Below the pieces are notes generated by a model that did no database searches, was not told the origin of the DNA, and was given only the letters and a program-made list of their open reading frames with translations. The position numbers and the translations under genes were made by a program. A stretch of DNA of 64,000 nucleotides from Antechinus flavipes (taxonomy: Eukaryota), in assembly GCF_016432865.1 (NCBI RefSeq), contig NC_067403.1:199950001-200014000 (forward strand). Reading direction: 5' to 3'. Positions 25,801 through 38,160 of the stretch are shown here, in pieces. Positions within the stretch are counted from its first letter, which is position 1, and every line of letters begins with the position of its first letter.

Positions 25801-28800
25801 CGACAAGCTGTTGGCAGCTAGACTGGGATGAGCTAGACACCAACCAGCAGCGTTTCCATGCCCTGTGTCACAGCCTGCAGGTAAGTTCCTGTGTCACTGG
25901 GTGGCAAGAGCTGGAACGCCGAAGTACCAGCCACAAGTAGGCATGAGCCCCACACCAGCTCCCCTGCTATAACTAGCCTGGGACAAAAGGGTCTCTGCCC
26001 CAGGATGCTACTGAGGAGGAAGGGTGAGAAGAGATGCATTCCCTGGGGTGATTACAGCCCTCTGTCATCCTGTTCTACTCCAATCTACCATGTACTTATC
26101 CCCCAGCCATGACACTCTCCTCTCTTACAGAAACTATCACTATGACTCCTCCCTAGCTCCCCAGCGGGCTCTACTGTTTTTTGCCAAGATAATGATATTC
26201 CTAGTTAGAGTTCTACAGGCCTCACTCCATCACCCCCTTGTATACTCATACACTCTCTGTGGAGGTGAGGAGAGACTCCTCCCTCTAGGGCAGTTCTAGG
26301 TTTCTCTCTGAGACTCATAGTTCCCAGGAATCAGTGGCAGACCACTTGGAAACCCCTAGCTGATCAAACTGAGCTCTCAAGGTCCAGGCGGTAGCAGAGG
26401 CAGCAAACTGGGCAACAAGAGACCAGAGGCAAGAAAAGATGGCCCTGCCAGGTTCTCTGTGGAGTAGACGTAAAGAAGGTTCACAACAAAACTAAGGTAC
26501 TAACACTGGGAAAGAGGCACTAAAAGGATGCTAAAGAGGTTAGTCCAGATCAGAGGGTGCAAGTGATAGGAAAGGACTTTCAGAGGAGTCAGGTNNNNNN
26601 NNNNNNNNNNNNNNNNNNNNNNNNNNNNNNNNNNNNNNNNNNNNNNNNNNNNNNNNNNNNNNNNNNNNNNNNNNNNNNNNNNNNNNNNNNNNNNNNNNNN
26701 NNNNNNNNNNNNNNNNNNNNNNNNNNNNNNNNNNNNNNNNNNNNNNNNNNNNNNNNNNNNNNNNNNNNNNNNNNNNNNNNNNNNNNNNNNNNNNNNNNNG
26801 TTGGAAGAACATTTTATGGTGGAGGAATGGAAAGGCCTGAACAGAGAGTCTCAAAGATGCCCCCTGAAAGGCATCTTCCCCAGGGAAAGGAGATTGACCT
26901 TAGTCACAGAGGAAATAATGTTCAACTCAGGACACCATCTGGTAGCACGTCTATTGGCATGTTTTTGTTGAGCTGTTTTGATTGTGTCTGACTCTTTGTG
27001 ATCTTAGGGTTTTCTTGGCAGAGATACTGGAGAGGTTTGTCACTCCTTCTCCAGCTCATTTTACAGTTGAGGCTCCTGAGGCAAACAGGGTTATGTGACT
27101 TGCCCAGAACCTCCCAGCTAGTGAGTGTCCAAGGCCAAACTTGACTGGGCACTCTCTCCTGTGCCCGCTTCCACTCTGTACCCCTGATGGCCTCCCTTAG
27201 GATGTGAGCTGCTTTAGGAGAGAGACCATTTCTGCCTTTCTTTCTATCCCCTGCACTTACTGTGGTACATGGCATATAGCAAACGCTTAATAAATGTCTA
27301 TTGAAACGAAAGAAATACCAAGCAGAGGAGCCTCAGGACACGCAAACACTGCTGAGATGCCCCCTGTGCCTGTCTCCAGAGCCAGGCAGGTTGCACCTGT
27401 GTGCCAAAAAGACAGCACAGGAGCTCCTAGTACCTGGCCTGGAGGTGCAGCAGGAGCCACGTACAAGGGCACAGAGAGCCAGGAGGAAAGTCTGCTGTAC
27501 CCAGGCCACGGACAACTTCTTGGAGCCCTGAACCCGACCACCCATTTCTGCATTCCCTCACACACTTCACTGTGAATCTGGCAAAAGACAGGCTGGTTTG
27601 GCAGCCCTCGTGTGCCAACACTAAGGACAGAAATTAGCTTTAGAGAATGGAGTCCCTAAAATTTAGCAGTAGCAAATGGTCCCTGCTGTATTTCTCTACC
27701 GCCACTCCCGACCCCATTGTTCATATCAAGGATCAGCAGGAGGCAGGAACAAGAAGAATTGCCCCCCAGCTTAGTTGAAATGGAGAAAGAACAGGACTGG
27801 CCATAGTATGGAGGAACCTTGAATGCCAGATTCAATAGTTTGGATTGATATGGTGTTCGCTTTTATCACCCTCCCCCTTCCCGTTTCCCATTCTCCTCCT
27901 ACTTGTGTAGTGTAATATAGATTTCTATACCCATATCAAGTGTCTGTTATTTCTTCTTTGAGCCAGTTCTGATGAGAGTAAGGTTCACTCATTCACTATC
28001 TCCTCCCCCTTTCCCCCTCCACTGTAAAAGCTTTTTCTTGCCTCTTTTTATGGCAGATAATTTACGCCATTCCACTTCAGGGAGGTCCAGTTTTAAAAGG
28101 ATTTAAGCAAAAACTAAAAGCAGGGGCATCCAACCACAGAAGCCTCCAAGCACTGACTCAGACCTGTAACAAGAATAACAATGACTTATGTAGATTGACT
28201 ACATTTCTTCTTGGGTTCAATTGGCCACATTTCTGTTCCGGAGATCTGGAACCTCCTATAAAAGGGCTTTAGTGAGCTGAGCTCCCCACAACAGCAGCCT
28301 CCCTGACAAGTGGCTGTCCAGCCTCCACATTAAGACCTCAAATATTGAGACTTCATGGCTACAAAACACTTTGAAAATATCAGTCTTTTTAGTTATTATA
28401 TTTCTGTATTATTAGTCCCAATTTGCAGCTGATTTAAACAGGTCAGTGACTTGTCCATGGGCACAAGCTAATGAAGGGTGGAAAGGCAGCTCCCACTTGG
28501 GCCTCTGGCCTCATATCCAGCCCTCTTTTTACAACATCAGCTGTAAAAATATTGTCAGGCAAACTGAAATCTCTAATAAGCTGAGGCTTGTAAATAATGC
28601 TAAGCCAACAAAAAGGAAGTGAGAGACCTACCACTTGTGGAAGAGAGTAATGTTAATAAACAACAAAGAAAATGAGAAGGGCCGAGATGGTTTTGTCTCC
28701 TCTGACAAGGGCAGTGATGTGGCCTACAAAGAAAGGCAAGAACAAGCTTTGTGCTGGGAAATTGAAACCCAAGAAGAATGTCGTAAGAAAGACTCTAGCA

Positions 28801-30959
28801 ACTTTAAATGAACTGAGCCTTTGGGCTGAAAGAACTTGCTCTGTCAGCTCTATCAGGATTTCCTGAGAAGCAGGAACAAGTGTCAGAGACAAGCTGGTTT
28901 TCAGAGAGGGCAATGGGATGGACTTAGGGAATCACTGCCCCATGGAAGGGAGTCTGCTATCTCTCCTCCTACCATTCTAGAGAAGATTATCAGACAGTTT
29001 ATAGTCTCTGATTTCTAGAACCATCTCAGAATAACTCAGACCAAGCAAATCTCATTTCTTTTTCAGTCAGGATTACTAAGTAGAGAGATCATAAGTCTAG
29101 TGTGATTTGATTTCATCAAGGTATTCAATAAAGTCTTTTCGTGGGATCCTTATGGACAAATGGAAAAATGTGGACTGAATACAGTTAAATAGATTCATAC
29201 CCAGCTGAACAACAATTTAAAGAAAATGAGCTGTGTCAGCCTGTGGAGATGGATGGGAAGGGGGGGACCAGCAAACTGGTGAGGCTGGAAGTCTTCCCCG
29301 GCACCAACTGAAAGGTGATGGAGTATCCTGCTGTAAGGGCCAAAATGAGTTTGCATGGGCACAGTCTGAGCGGTCATCTACATGGGAAGGGATCAGCTAC
29401 CATTGATCAGACATTGTCTTGGGGAAAAGAATCAAGTCTGATACTGCCTTTCTTAGCTTTCCTGGGCCTGTTTCCTCTTCAGTAAAATAAGAAGAGACTT
29501 AGAGTAACTTCAAGGTCCCTTCCACCTCAACACCCTACAAAGTCTGGATCAGAGGCAAGAGAATTTCCTTATACCCTTGGAGGGCAAATTAGCAGAATCT
29601 GAGAAAGGAGGGAAGCCCAAGACTAAGTGAGAGACCACAAAAGCCAGACAAGCAGAAAATCAAGCAAAATGATGGATGTAAAAAGAAGTCTTTCATAGTT
29701 TGTAAGGCTCGGCTCGTAACTCAGCCACCTTATGTATGGACTTTTAAACAAACATGGAAGCGATTGGGTAGCAAAGCAGATAGCTCCCTGGACCTAGAGT
29801 CACGAAGACCCAAGTTCAAATCCAGCCTCAGATGATAGCTGTATACCCTGTGTGCCTCAATTTTCCCAACTGCAAAATGGAGATAATAATACCACCTATC
29901 TTTCCAGGGTTGTTGTAAAGCACTTAATGCAATGTCTGGCACATAATAAGTGCTACATAAATGTTAGCTACTATTGTTATTATTATTGTACTCTTCCAGA
30001 AGAGCCACAGCTATGGATAGCTCCTTCTCCACTTCTATTGCCTGCTGAAGTGGAAATGGGCCTGAGTTTCTGTAGGTAATTATTTCATCTTTGGGCCTTC
30101 TCTATCATTTCTTCTTCATTTATACTCTTCTCCCTTCTCTGGACACCATAACTTATCAGTGGATCCCAGAACTAAACACAGTCTTCAAAATGTGGTCAGG
30201 CAAGATTCAGTATAATTTTGAATGTATTTGTCACATTGTAGATTCATATAAAGCTTGCAAGAACTAAAAGCCCCGGGTACTTTTTCTCGTAAACTTAAAT
30301 AAAATTTCCCCCTATTCTATTCCTGGACAAATGTTCATATTTATCTCTCTACTTCCTCTATTGAAGGTTTTCTCCGGTACTTCATTATGGTAGAAAGGTC
30401 AGTCAAGCATTTAGTAAGTGTTTATTGAGTCAGACAGCCAAGCTGTGTTCTGGGTTGATAAAGAATCACCAAAACAGAATTCTGGCCTGAGTGGACATTC
30501 TCAAGAGCTCTGGCAGGTCTCATCAAGTTGGAAAAACTGAGTACAAGCCCAGAAGTGAATTGTGCCCCAATCACCCAAGAGTAGCCCAGCAAGGCAAAGA
30601 TCAGCTCATCAACAGGTTAAGCACCAAAAGAATTTGGAGGGTAAAGGAAGGCGCCATTACAATGCATCAAAGGAGCTGGAGCACTCAACACCATTAAAAC
30701 AAATATTCACCAAGTACCTACTATGTACAAAGCAGATTTGAGTAAGCCTCAAATCTGAAAGTTCCTGCCCTCCAGGAGTATACATTTTTCTAGGTTCTCA
30801 GAGTACTGAAAGAAATTTTGCATTTCTTTTTGCAGGATTCAGTCCCTAATTCCAAACTCTTGAGATCATTTTATTTCATCCTATCATTCTTTATATTACC
30901 ACTCTGTCTGTCTGTCTGTCTCTGGCATTTTCTATCTCCCTGACTCTGTCTCAGGCTTG

Positions 30960-31022
<63 letters not shown>

Positions 31023-34000
31023 CTCTCTCTCTCTGTCTCTCTCCCCCTCTCTCTGTTTTACCTTATGTTTGCTTCAAGTGTATTGGTTATGCCTTTTGCC
31101 CCTACAGAATTTTTTTTTGACTTCTTTCTACACTGTTTCCTTCATCCTCTCTAAGAAACCAGAGTGTGAAAAGACTACTTGAGACTTTTCTAGCAGAAAG
31201 ACCAGCTGCCTTTATAGCAGATATATTTGGTGATCATCTTAACCAAAATAAATAAATAAATTGTTGGAATCCTACAAGTTGTTGTATGTGGCAGTTTTCT
31301 TGCTGTCCTTCATGAATTTACCACTTCTGTTTCCATTTTGAGCTCCTGGAAAGACCATTTTTAAGCCCTTCAGGCCTTCTTTTTGCTGCTTATTGCTAAC
31401 CTTCAAGAGCATCATGGCTTCCTATCTACAGCAGACATACACACTTAATAGAAGTCTCCATTCATCTCTCAGATTTCCCTTCCATGGAGGATAAGGCAAT
31501 ATATACCATATTCATAGAATTATGAAAGATCAGAATCCTAGAATTTCAGAGCTAAAAGGGCCCTCAGAGGAAATTTAATTCAAGTAATACCTGAATAGGA
31601 AGACATCCCTTCTAATACCTCCCAAAAGTGAGCATCCAGCTCCCAAGGAGCTGGAAGGAACATTGGAGGAATGGCTTCATTTTGCAAAGGAAAAGAACCA
31701 GGCCAAGAAAAGAGAAGTCATTTGCTTAAGAGTATGCCATAAGTTTGGGGCTGAGCTAGAAACCAAAATGAGATTTCCTCTCAGTTGCTGGAGAGTTTTT
31801 TCTGCCACAGATTTACTTTTAACCCACCTGGTTTCTGACATTCCTATTTTATTCTTCCTATTGTCTTGTCTTTTGGCTTGAGCCCCTCCTTTGAATAAAT
31901 CACAAACATCTGACACTTACCAAGAACTTAAGCATGGGTGATACAAATGCAAAAGGGAGACAGCCTCTACCCTCTAGGAGCTTACTTTCTGATGGATAGA
32001 CCACTTGTGAGTGGAGAAGAATAGAATCATCCTTCTGAAAAGAGGAGCATTTTTGGGATGTGAGTGGCTCTGATGTAAGCTCCATGTGCAATATGGCACA
32101 TCCTCATCACGCATCCCAACCAGGCTTTGATGAGGAGAAAAGAAATGACCTTGTCCAAGAGTGACAAAATTTCTCCTGCTCAGTGCCAGGAGCACTGAGT
32201 GCTCCTTTGTCTCCCTGCTACTTTCACCTGACCCTGTTTGTGGCCCATAGTATTAAGACATCAGGGCAGCCAAGGACAAGGGTAAAGTTAAGCATGTTTT
32301 GTATGTGTTCTTACTTTAGAAAAGAGAGTGGTTGCTGTTGGCCAGAGGAGAACCTGCAAGCCCAGGACCCAGACAGAATGGTCCCGCCAGCACCTTCTAC
32401 ATCATCTTCCCATCCAATTCTCTCACGATGCTTGTCAAGGCAGTGGCCACATGTGAGCTGCTGCTGCCCAGCTCCTTCCCTCTGCCCTCTGAGGACCCAC
32501 CTGAGAACATCCTTAGGAGTATGGAGGTAAAATGGGACCAGAAAGTCCCATGGAAGAGGGGAAAGAAACAGCATGTGAGGAAAGGAAAAGGATGGGGAAA
32601 AAAGATAGAGAGAAAGCTGGGCAGGAAAGGAGATGAGTACAGAGAAATATGGGTTCAGTAGTGGGAAGAATAGAATGGCTGGTATAATAGAATGAAGTCG
32701 GCAGCAGATGAGAGAGTTGAGGGTAGGTAAAGTAGCACCTCCCTCTAAAGATGAAATCTAAACATAGAACAGTCCTTGAAGGAAAAATGTTCCTACAGAG
32801 GAGTGCACTGTAGCCTTGGACCTGTGGCATTGTAGCCTTGGCATTGGGGAAGGGCAAAGGAGGAAGATGATTACTGGCAAAAAAGTTTATGTAGACAAAT
32901 TCCAAAATTCAACTTTATTGGCATCAGATAGATGGAGGAGAGTAGCTCTTTTGGGGGCAAAATGAGGGAGAAAAAAGTGAAGAGTTAGAAAAGAAAGAGA
33001 ATAAGAAAAGAGGACAGAAAAAAAAGATCAAAGTGGGGAGAAAGAGAAAAGGGAGAAGAGAGAACATCTGTCTATCTATATGTACATGCATGCTGATTTA
33101 TGTATATCTTTGTGTAACTATGTATGTGTCTGTGCCTGTTTATATTTGCCAGGTGTCTGTGTGCTCCTGTATTTATGTTAGGATCTGGACATCACTGTAT
33201 GTGTCTAATTGAGCAAACATATATTTAGCTCTAAACATGTCCAAGACACTGTGCAAAGCCCTAGGAATACAGAGTAATAACAGTAATAATAATAATTGTT
33301 GTGCCCAAGAAGCTTACTTTGTGCTAAAAAAACACAAGAACTATGGAGTTAAGTGTGATTTGAAGTAAAAAATAAGACATATAAGCATTGTGCTCCAGAA
33401 AAAAAAAATGAAAAAGGAGATGGGGGAGAACTATACAAAGAAAGTGATGCTAAAAATAAATGAAGAGGGAATGCACCAGCCTACACAAATGAACACAAGC
33501 AGGAGAAAGAATGTAAAGTTTGTGATCCAACCATTCTGGAGAGCAATTTGGAACTAGGCCCAAAGAACTATCAAACTGTGTATACCTTTTGATCCAGCAA
33601 TGTCTCTACTGAGTCTGTATCCCAAAGAGACCCTAAAAGAGGGAAAGGAACTCACATCTTAAAAATTATAGCAATTCTCTTGGTGGTAGCAAAGAATTGA
33701 ATTTCAAGGGGATGTCCATCAATTGGGGAATGGTTGAATAAATTGTATTATATGAATGTAATGAAATATTATTGTTTTACAAGAAATGACCAGCGGCTGA
33801 TTTCAGAAAAATCTAGAGAGCTTACATAAACTGATGCTGAGTAAAGTGAGCAGAACCAGGAGAACATTGTACACAGTAACAGCAACATCGTACAGTGACC
33901 AACTTTGATAGACTTTACTTTTCTCAGCAATACAATAATTTAAGACAGTTCCAAAGAAATCATAATGGGGCAGCTAGGGGTGCAGTGGATAGAGCATCAG

Positions 34001-37000
34001 CCCTAAAGTCAGGAAGACCTGAGTTCAAATTTCACCTCAGACACTTAACTCTTCCTAGCTGTGTGAGTGACCCTAGGCAAGTCACTTAACCCCTTGCCTC
34101 AGGTGGGAAAAATCTTTAACATACAAAAAAGAGAGATAGATCAGGGCTTAAATTCTATTCAGGAGTATTTATCACAGAGACATTAGGAAGCCACTGAGTT
34201 TTTGACTGAGGAACCATCATGGCAGACCATCATGGAAGATTACTAGGAAGGTTGTGAAGAATATTCACAAAATTGAAGAGGGGAAAGACCCACATACAAT
34301 AATAGTGCAGGTGAGAAGTGGAATGGAAAGGGATGGAGTTACAAGATGTCACACAATTACAATGAATAGAACATGACAAGTGGTGGGATTTTATGAAATC
34401 AAGGAAGATGTCTCAAAGATGACTCCTAGCTTTCAGGGTGGTGCCATCAACAGAAATAGCACAGTATAGGGAAGAAGTAGACTTTTTAGGGAAGAGAACT
34501 TTGGAATTTGAGCTGGACATCCAACCAGAAATGGCCATTAAGCAGCATTAACATTTGTGGAAGAGATTAGGGCTGATTTACTTGAGAGTCATTTGGCTCT
34601 GTGTGTTTTGCTTGTAACTACATGGGTCACAATGGCAAGTAGGGACATGAATTCCTAAAGTTAAGTTCCAGCCAGGTGGAAAATTGAGATATGGCCCCAG
34701 TTGCAGAAATGATTTCATGCTCTAAAAAGAGGCTTATGTTTGCCCTGATTTTTCTCTCCCAACATGATTCATAAAACAATGTGTATTAAAAATAAAATTA
34801 AAAAATAAAAATAAAAAGAGGCTTATGTATATAAGAATGTAATGGAAGATGGAGGAGAATTGACAACAATGAAATTATCAAAGAAAGTCAACCAGCTACA
34901 TACTGTGATATATTCCTCCATTGTTTAAGTTCTGATCTGCCGGAAAAAATTGGGCTTAACATCTCATTTTGGTAATTTAGTATGGAACAAGACCAAAAAC
35001 AAAATGAAAATGCCATATTAACATAATCTTTAGAAAAATCAGAGTGTTAAATGGTGAATTCAATTATGTCCAATGGGAGCAAACCAGATTCTTTGTCATC
35101 CCCATGGCTCAAAGGGTCCCTTGCCTTGACTTCCTTACCCAAGGGAGCATATTGCAGTCTGGATCTCTGAGCAGGCCTTGGGATATACCTTTCTTGGTTT
35201 CTTTATGGTTAGATTTGCCTGGGTCTCTGGATCTCTGTGATCAGGGAGAAGAAGAGGAAGACTTTCCTAGTAAGTCCCCAGCAGAATTGCCTCCAAAAGG
35301 AGACTGTACTGCAAAGGAGAAAGGCCATCCCACTCTCCATTGCTCTTTCCTGATCCTGGAAGGTTTGGCTTTTACTTCCCTGCCTACCTTCCCAGGAAGG
35401 AAGCCTCCACCGGAACACTGACCCCATATTGTGCCCCCTCCAGAGCCCCACATCCTACGCCTGTGGCGAAACAAGACTGAGGATGGAGCCAGAGAGAGAC
35501 AGGCAAACATGAGGTGGCAGCATTGAGCCCACTGGCCCTGAGGATGCAATCCTGAGGCTCTCCCAGCCTCCCTCAGAGGCTCCGGGCACAGGAGGCTGGG
35601 GCCGGAAAGCCTGACTGCCCAGGACTGTTCTCGTGTGTTCCCAGCCTGGGCTTCTCTCCCACCTGGAAGGCCGAGAGACATGCTGTTCCCATCTCTGGGG
35701 CGCCCCTCTCCTGGCCCTAGTTCACACTGGCCACGCGGGACTCCGGCAGAGTCTGTTCCTGGGAGAGTGCGCCTCTGGGCTGGGCTGAGCAGGAATGACC
35801 AGTACCTCTGTGCTCCCAAGGACGCTCACTCTCCTTACACACTCTCCGTGACTTCCCAGGACTTCCAGAGTGACTGGCTCTGTCACTCAGGCTGTTGTCA
35901 TTTTTAGGTCCCCTAACATTTCTCACACCTTGTGGAATTGTTCTCAGTTCCTATTCATCTTCCCCAGAAGGTTAAAAGAAATAATATTTGTAGAGCACCT
36001 AGCACAGTCCTTAGCCTATAGTAGAGATTCAACCAATGCTTCTTCTTTTCCTTTCTTTCCCTTAGAACACCTTGGATGGCCTAGAGGTAGCTTCCATCTA
36101 TAATCCCCTGCAGACTAAGGGCCATCTGTATGAACACCTGAGAAGCCTCTTGTCCAAGCCCCAGGGGCTACTCACTCCAGGTCGGGAAGTCCGCCCCACC
36201 AGACAGGTATGGCCCCCACACTTACCAGAAACCAGGACTTTTAAGGCCCGGAATCCATTAATGCCCGTCCCAGAGGTCCCCCAACAGCCCTCATTCCTGA
36301 ATCTAGTGTCCAAGCAAAATGAAGCCTCTTCTTCAGTGCTTCCTGACAAGGCTTTTTTCTCCTTGAGACCCCTTTTCACCAGATGAATTTTTACGTGACC
36401 CGTCTCCAATCCGAGCCAAGGTGTTTCCGCCAGCGTTTGCGTGTGGGCAGTGAAAAGTTCACATTGTGTGTTCAGAACCAAGGCTGTGATCAAGTTGTGA
36501 TGCAGCATGGACAAGTGCTGACAGAAACACCTGAGATCCAATGCTCTCCCACCGTACAAACTACTTCTCAGCCCAAGGAGAGGGGGATGAGGGCCTGACT
36601 AAGTGGATTGACCAGGGAAATGGAAAGGAGCAGACAAATTTGAGAAAAACCCTTTAGACCCGCCACCAGCAAGAGCTGGAGCTCCCTCAGCTTCTAAGAC
36701 CAGAAAGCTGGGCGCACAGTGGAATTTGAAGCAGGAAGGGGCAAATTATGAGGGAGAGAACCAGGCTCATTTCAGTGTCATCAGGAGAGGCAGGGGAGGT
36801 ATGATGTTTCTTTCTCTTTATTTTGTTAGTTTAAAAAAAAAATTCCCAAACCTCACTCTTATCTCAGCTGAAACCAAGGAAGCTGTTACAGAGGACAGAG
36901 AGGGCATGGGGCCGTAGCCTGTGCCCGGATATTGGGGATGGGATCCAGCTTTGGGACCTGCGAGGTGGAGATGGAAGGAATGCTGGGAGCCACGTGGTTT

Positions 37001-37380
37001 ATTGGATAGATCCCAAACTCCTTTATCTGAAAAGCAGGGAAGCTCCAGACCTGTACCCCTTCAGGCCAATGACCAGTATTTAGTGTGCTAGGTCAAGAGA
37101 AGACACTCATCAGGGCTCCCAACCTCCTGGGGAACCTGCCCCTTCGCCCCCAAGAAGGCCTTGCTTCCTCCCTCTACAGGTTGGAAGGCTACACCCAAAC
37201 CGAGCCCGAGCTACGGTGCCCCCTCTGCCCCTGGTGCCAGCGCTGCCTCCTTCAAGGGCCCAGAAGATGCCAGCAGCTAAAAGGGACTCCTCAGAGCCTG
37301 TGCTGGTGCTTTCAGACGATGAGCAGCTTTTCGGAGACCCCAGCTGCCTCAGCCCCACTCCTAGCAAAGCCCCCAAATGA
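10858..37380 (+). CDS. M1AP: Meiosis 1 associated protein, 3' part (5' coding exons lie upstream of the window). Coding exons: 10858-11031, 21388-21532, 25739-25880, 32320-32526, 36066-36206, 37180-37380 (TGA 37378-37380)
   Basis: Exons translate to SILGTEIDLQIIENDTVSIESFFKAWLQNSGTDQEHLHLLL / CLKCDLQERLL...YRLRVIK / ALESSGVCESVTYGLPFIIRPTSCWQLDWDELDTNQQRFHALCHSLQ / KREWLLLARGEP...STFYIIFPSNSLTMLVKAVAT / YNPLQ...KPQG / NRARATVPPLP...KMPAA, all recognisable M1AP. Every exon has AG/GT flanks and phases join (174, 145, 142, 207, 141, 201 nt). Synteny with DOK1 agrees. Confidence 0.93.
12315..12525 (+). mobile_element. Short L1 3' end with 14-bp TSD, nested in a SINE; its tail contains an assembly gap
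   Basis: TSD gaaagttggctcct at 12301-12314 and 12526-12539; aaaaaattacccaggcatgggttctg is shared with 8942-9113. Confidence 0.8.
12385..12512. other. Assembly gap (128 N)
   Basis: Direct reading. Confidence 1.
12955..13620 (-). mobile_element. L1 3' end, antisense
   Basis: Same inverted L1 3' UTR motifs as 1830-2330. Boundaries approximate. Confidence 0.7.
15270..16860 (+). mobile_element. L1 ORF2 3' part and 3' UTR, with a nested antisense L1 3' end at about 15650-16015
   Basis: L1 sequence breaks after aagctaccaatg and resumes at aaaaaaatactccaaatctaataattgtagaaatgcaaattaaaa. Confidence 0.7.
18473..18718 (+). mobile_element. MAR1-like marsupial CORE-SINE
   Basis: tRNA-derived head (cagctaagtggcac...gttcgaatc), CORE (tcagtttcctcatctgtaaaa) and an RTE-like tail (tgccaagaaaatccc...agtcagacac). 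Confidence 0.8.
20410..20815 (+). mobile_element. L1 3' end
   Basis: aactgatgctgagcgaaacaaacagaaccagg through the A-rich tail; similar copies at about 22700-23100 and 33525-33960. Confidence 0.75.
22700..23105 (+). mobile_element. L1 3' end
   Basis: Close similarity to 20410-20815. Confidence 0.75.
26595..26799. other. Assembly gap (205 N)
   Basis: Direct reading. Confidence 1.
26960..27300 (-). mobile_element. MAR1/MIR-like SINE sequence, antisense
   Basis: ctccagctcattttacagttgaggctcctgaggcaaacagggttatgtgacttgccc core. Confidence 0.7.
29060..29220 (+). mobile_element. CR1/L3 LINE RT fragment
   Basis: tgatttgatttcatcaaggtattcaataaagtc corresponds to the decayed LDFSKAFDKV motif of CR1 reverse transcriptase. 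Confidence 0.6.
29765..29960 (+). mobile_element. MIR SINE
   Basis: caagttcaaatccagcctcag...cctcaattttccca...aaaatggagataataatacc. Confidence 0.75.
30964..31053. repeat. (CT)n microsatellite with degenerate flank
   Basis: Direct reading. Confidence 0.9.
33967..34101 (+). mobile_element. WSINE1-like short SINE adjoining an L1 3' end
   Basis: ggggcagctaggggtgcagtggatagagc (A box) and gagttcaaat at 34021 (B box), ending ccccttgcctca. Confidence 0.8.
34740..34812 (+). mobile_element. Ultra-short (73 bp) L1 3' end with 15-bp TSD
   Basis: TSD aaaagaggcttatgt at 34725-34739 and 34813-34827; body matches the tail of 20410-20815. Confidence 0.85.
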
Positions 37381-37637
37381 TTGGAGGGAAGCGTGCAGGT
37401 CTGCCCGTCCTCCTCCCCAAACGCCAGGCAGAACGCTCACGCCTAGAGACCATGGGACCCGTCTGTCCCAGAAGGTTAGCTCAGGCTGTTCCAGGAGCCG
37501 GAGGTGGCAGGGAGCCTTCCCCGATAGGACGCACTCAGGCGCTGTCCCCTTCCGGCAGAGGGCCGGTCCCGATCCCTGAGGGCCACAGAGCCCAGTTTCA
37601 CAATAACCTGTTCCTGTACCAAGCTGTCTTCCCACTG

Positions 37638-37643
37638 AATAAA
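37638..37643 (+). terminator. Candidate M1AP polyadenylation signal AATAAA
   Basis: First AATAAA I found downstream of the M1AP stop (about 260 nt away). Confidence 0.6.
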
Positions 37644-38160
37644 AAGCAGCTTCTCCCACTCGTAGCCTTGACAGGTGAGTAGGAGCGCTGGGTTTGGGAA
37701 GTTGTGCCTCAAAGGACAGAAGCTTGGTTTGTGGAGCCCAGGCCACCAGGAGGGGCCTGTCTGCATAATGGCGTGGCCGGGATATTCCTCCCGGTCAGAT
37801 GCTGCCACGGGGGCTCAGACACTGGCGCTTCCTTCCTGAGCTGCCAGAGCCAGAAGTGACAGGAAACCTGCCCTGACAGGACGCCCTCAGGCGCTGTCCC
37901 CTCCGGCAGAGGGCCCGGCCGGAGACCACACGGGGAGGGAAGGGCTCACTATGTGAGACTGGGGATCCAAGAGGGGCCTGACGAGCCAATCCTCTCCTGC
38001 CCCGTCCCGTACCCCCGGCCCCTGCTCCCTCCACCGCCCCCATCTTCTGCCCTCCACATCTTCCCCGTAAGCCCAAAGCCAGCTGCAGTGTCCGGGCTGT
38101 GTCCTGTGTGCTGGTCACTCACGCAGACACGGCCGTTTCAGAGCTCTGGCCTCAAGTGAC

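Noticed and set aside
33967-34035. tRNA-like A and B boxes
   Set aside because: These are the head of a tRNA-derived SINE; no cloverleaf or acceptor stem.
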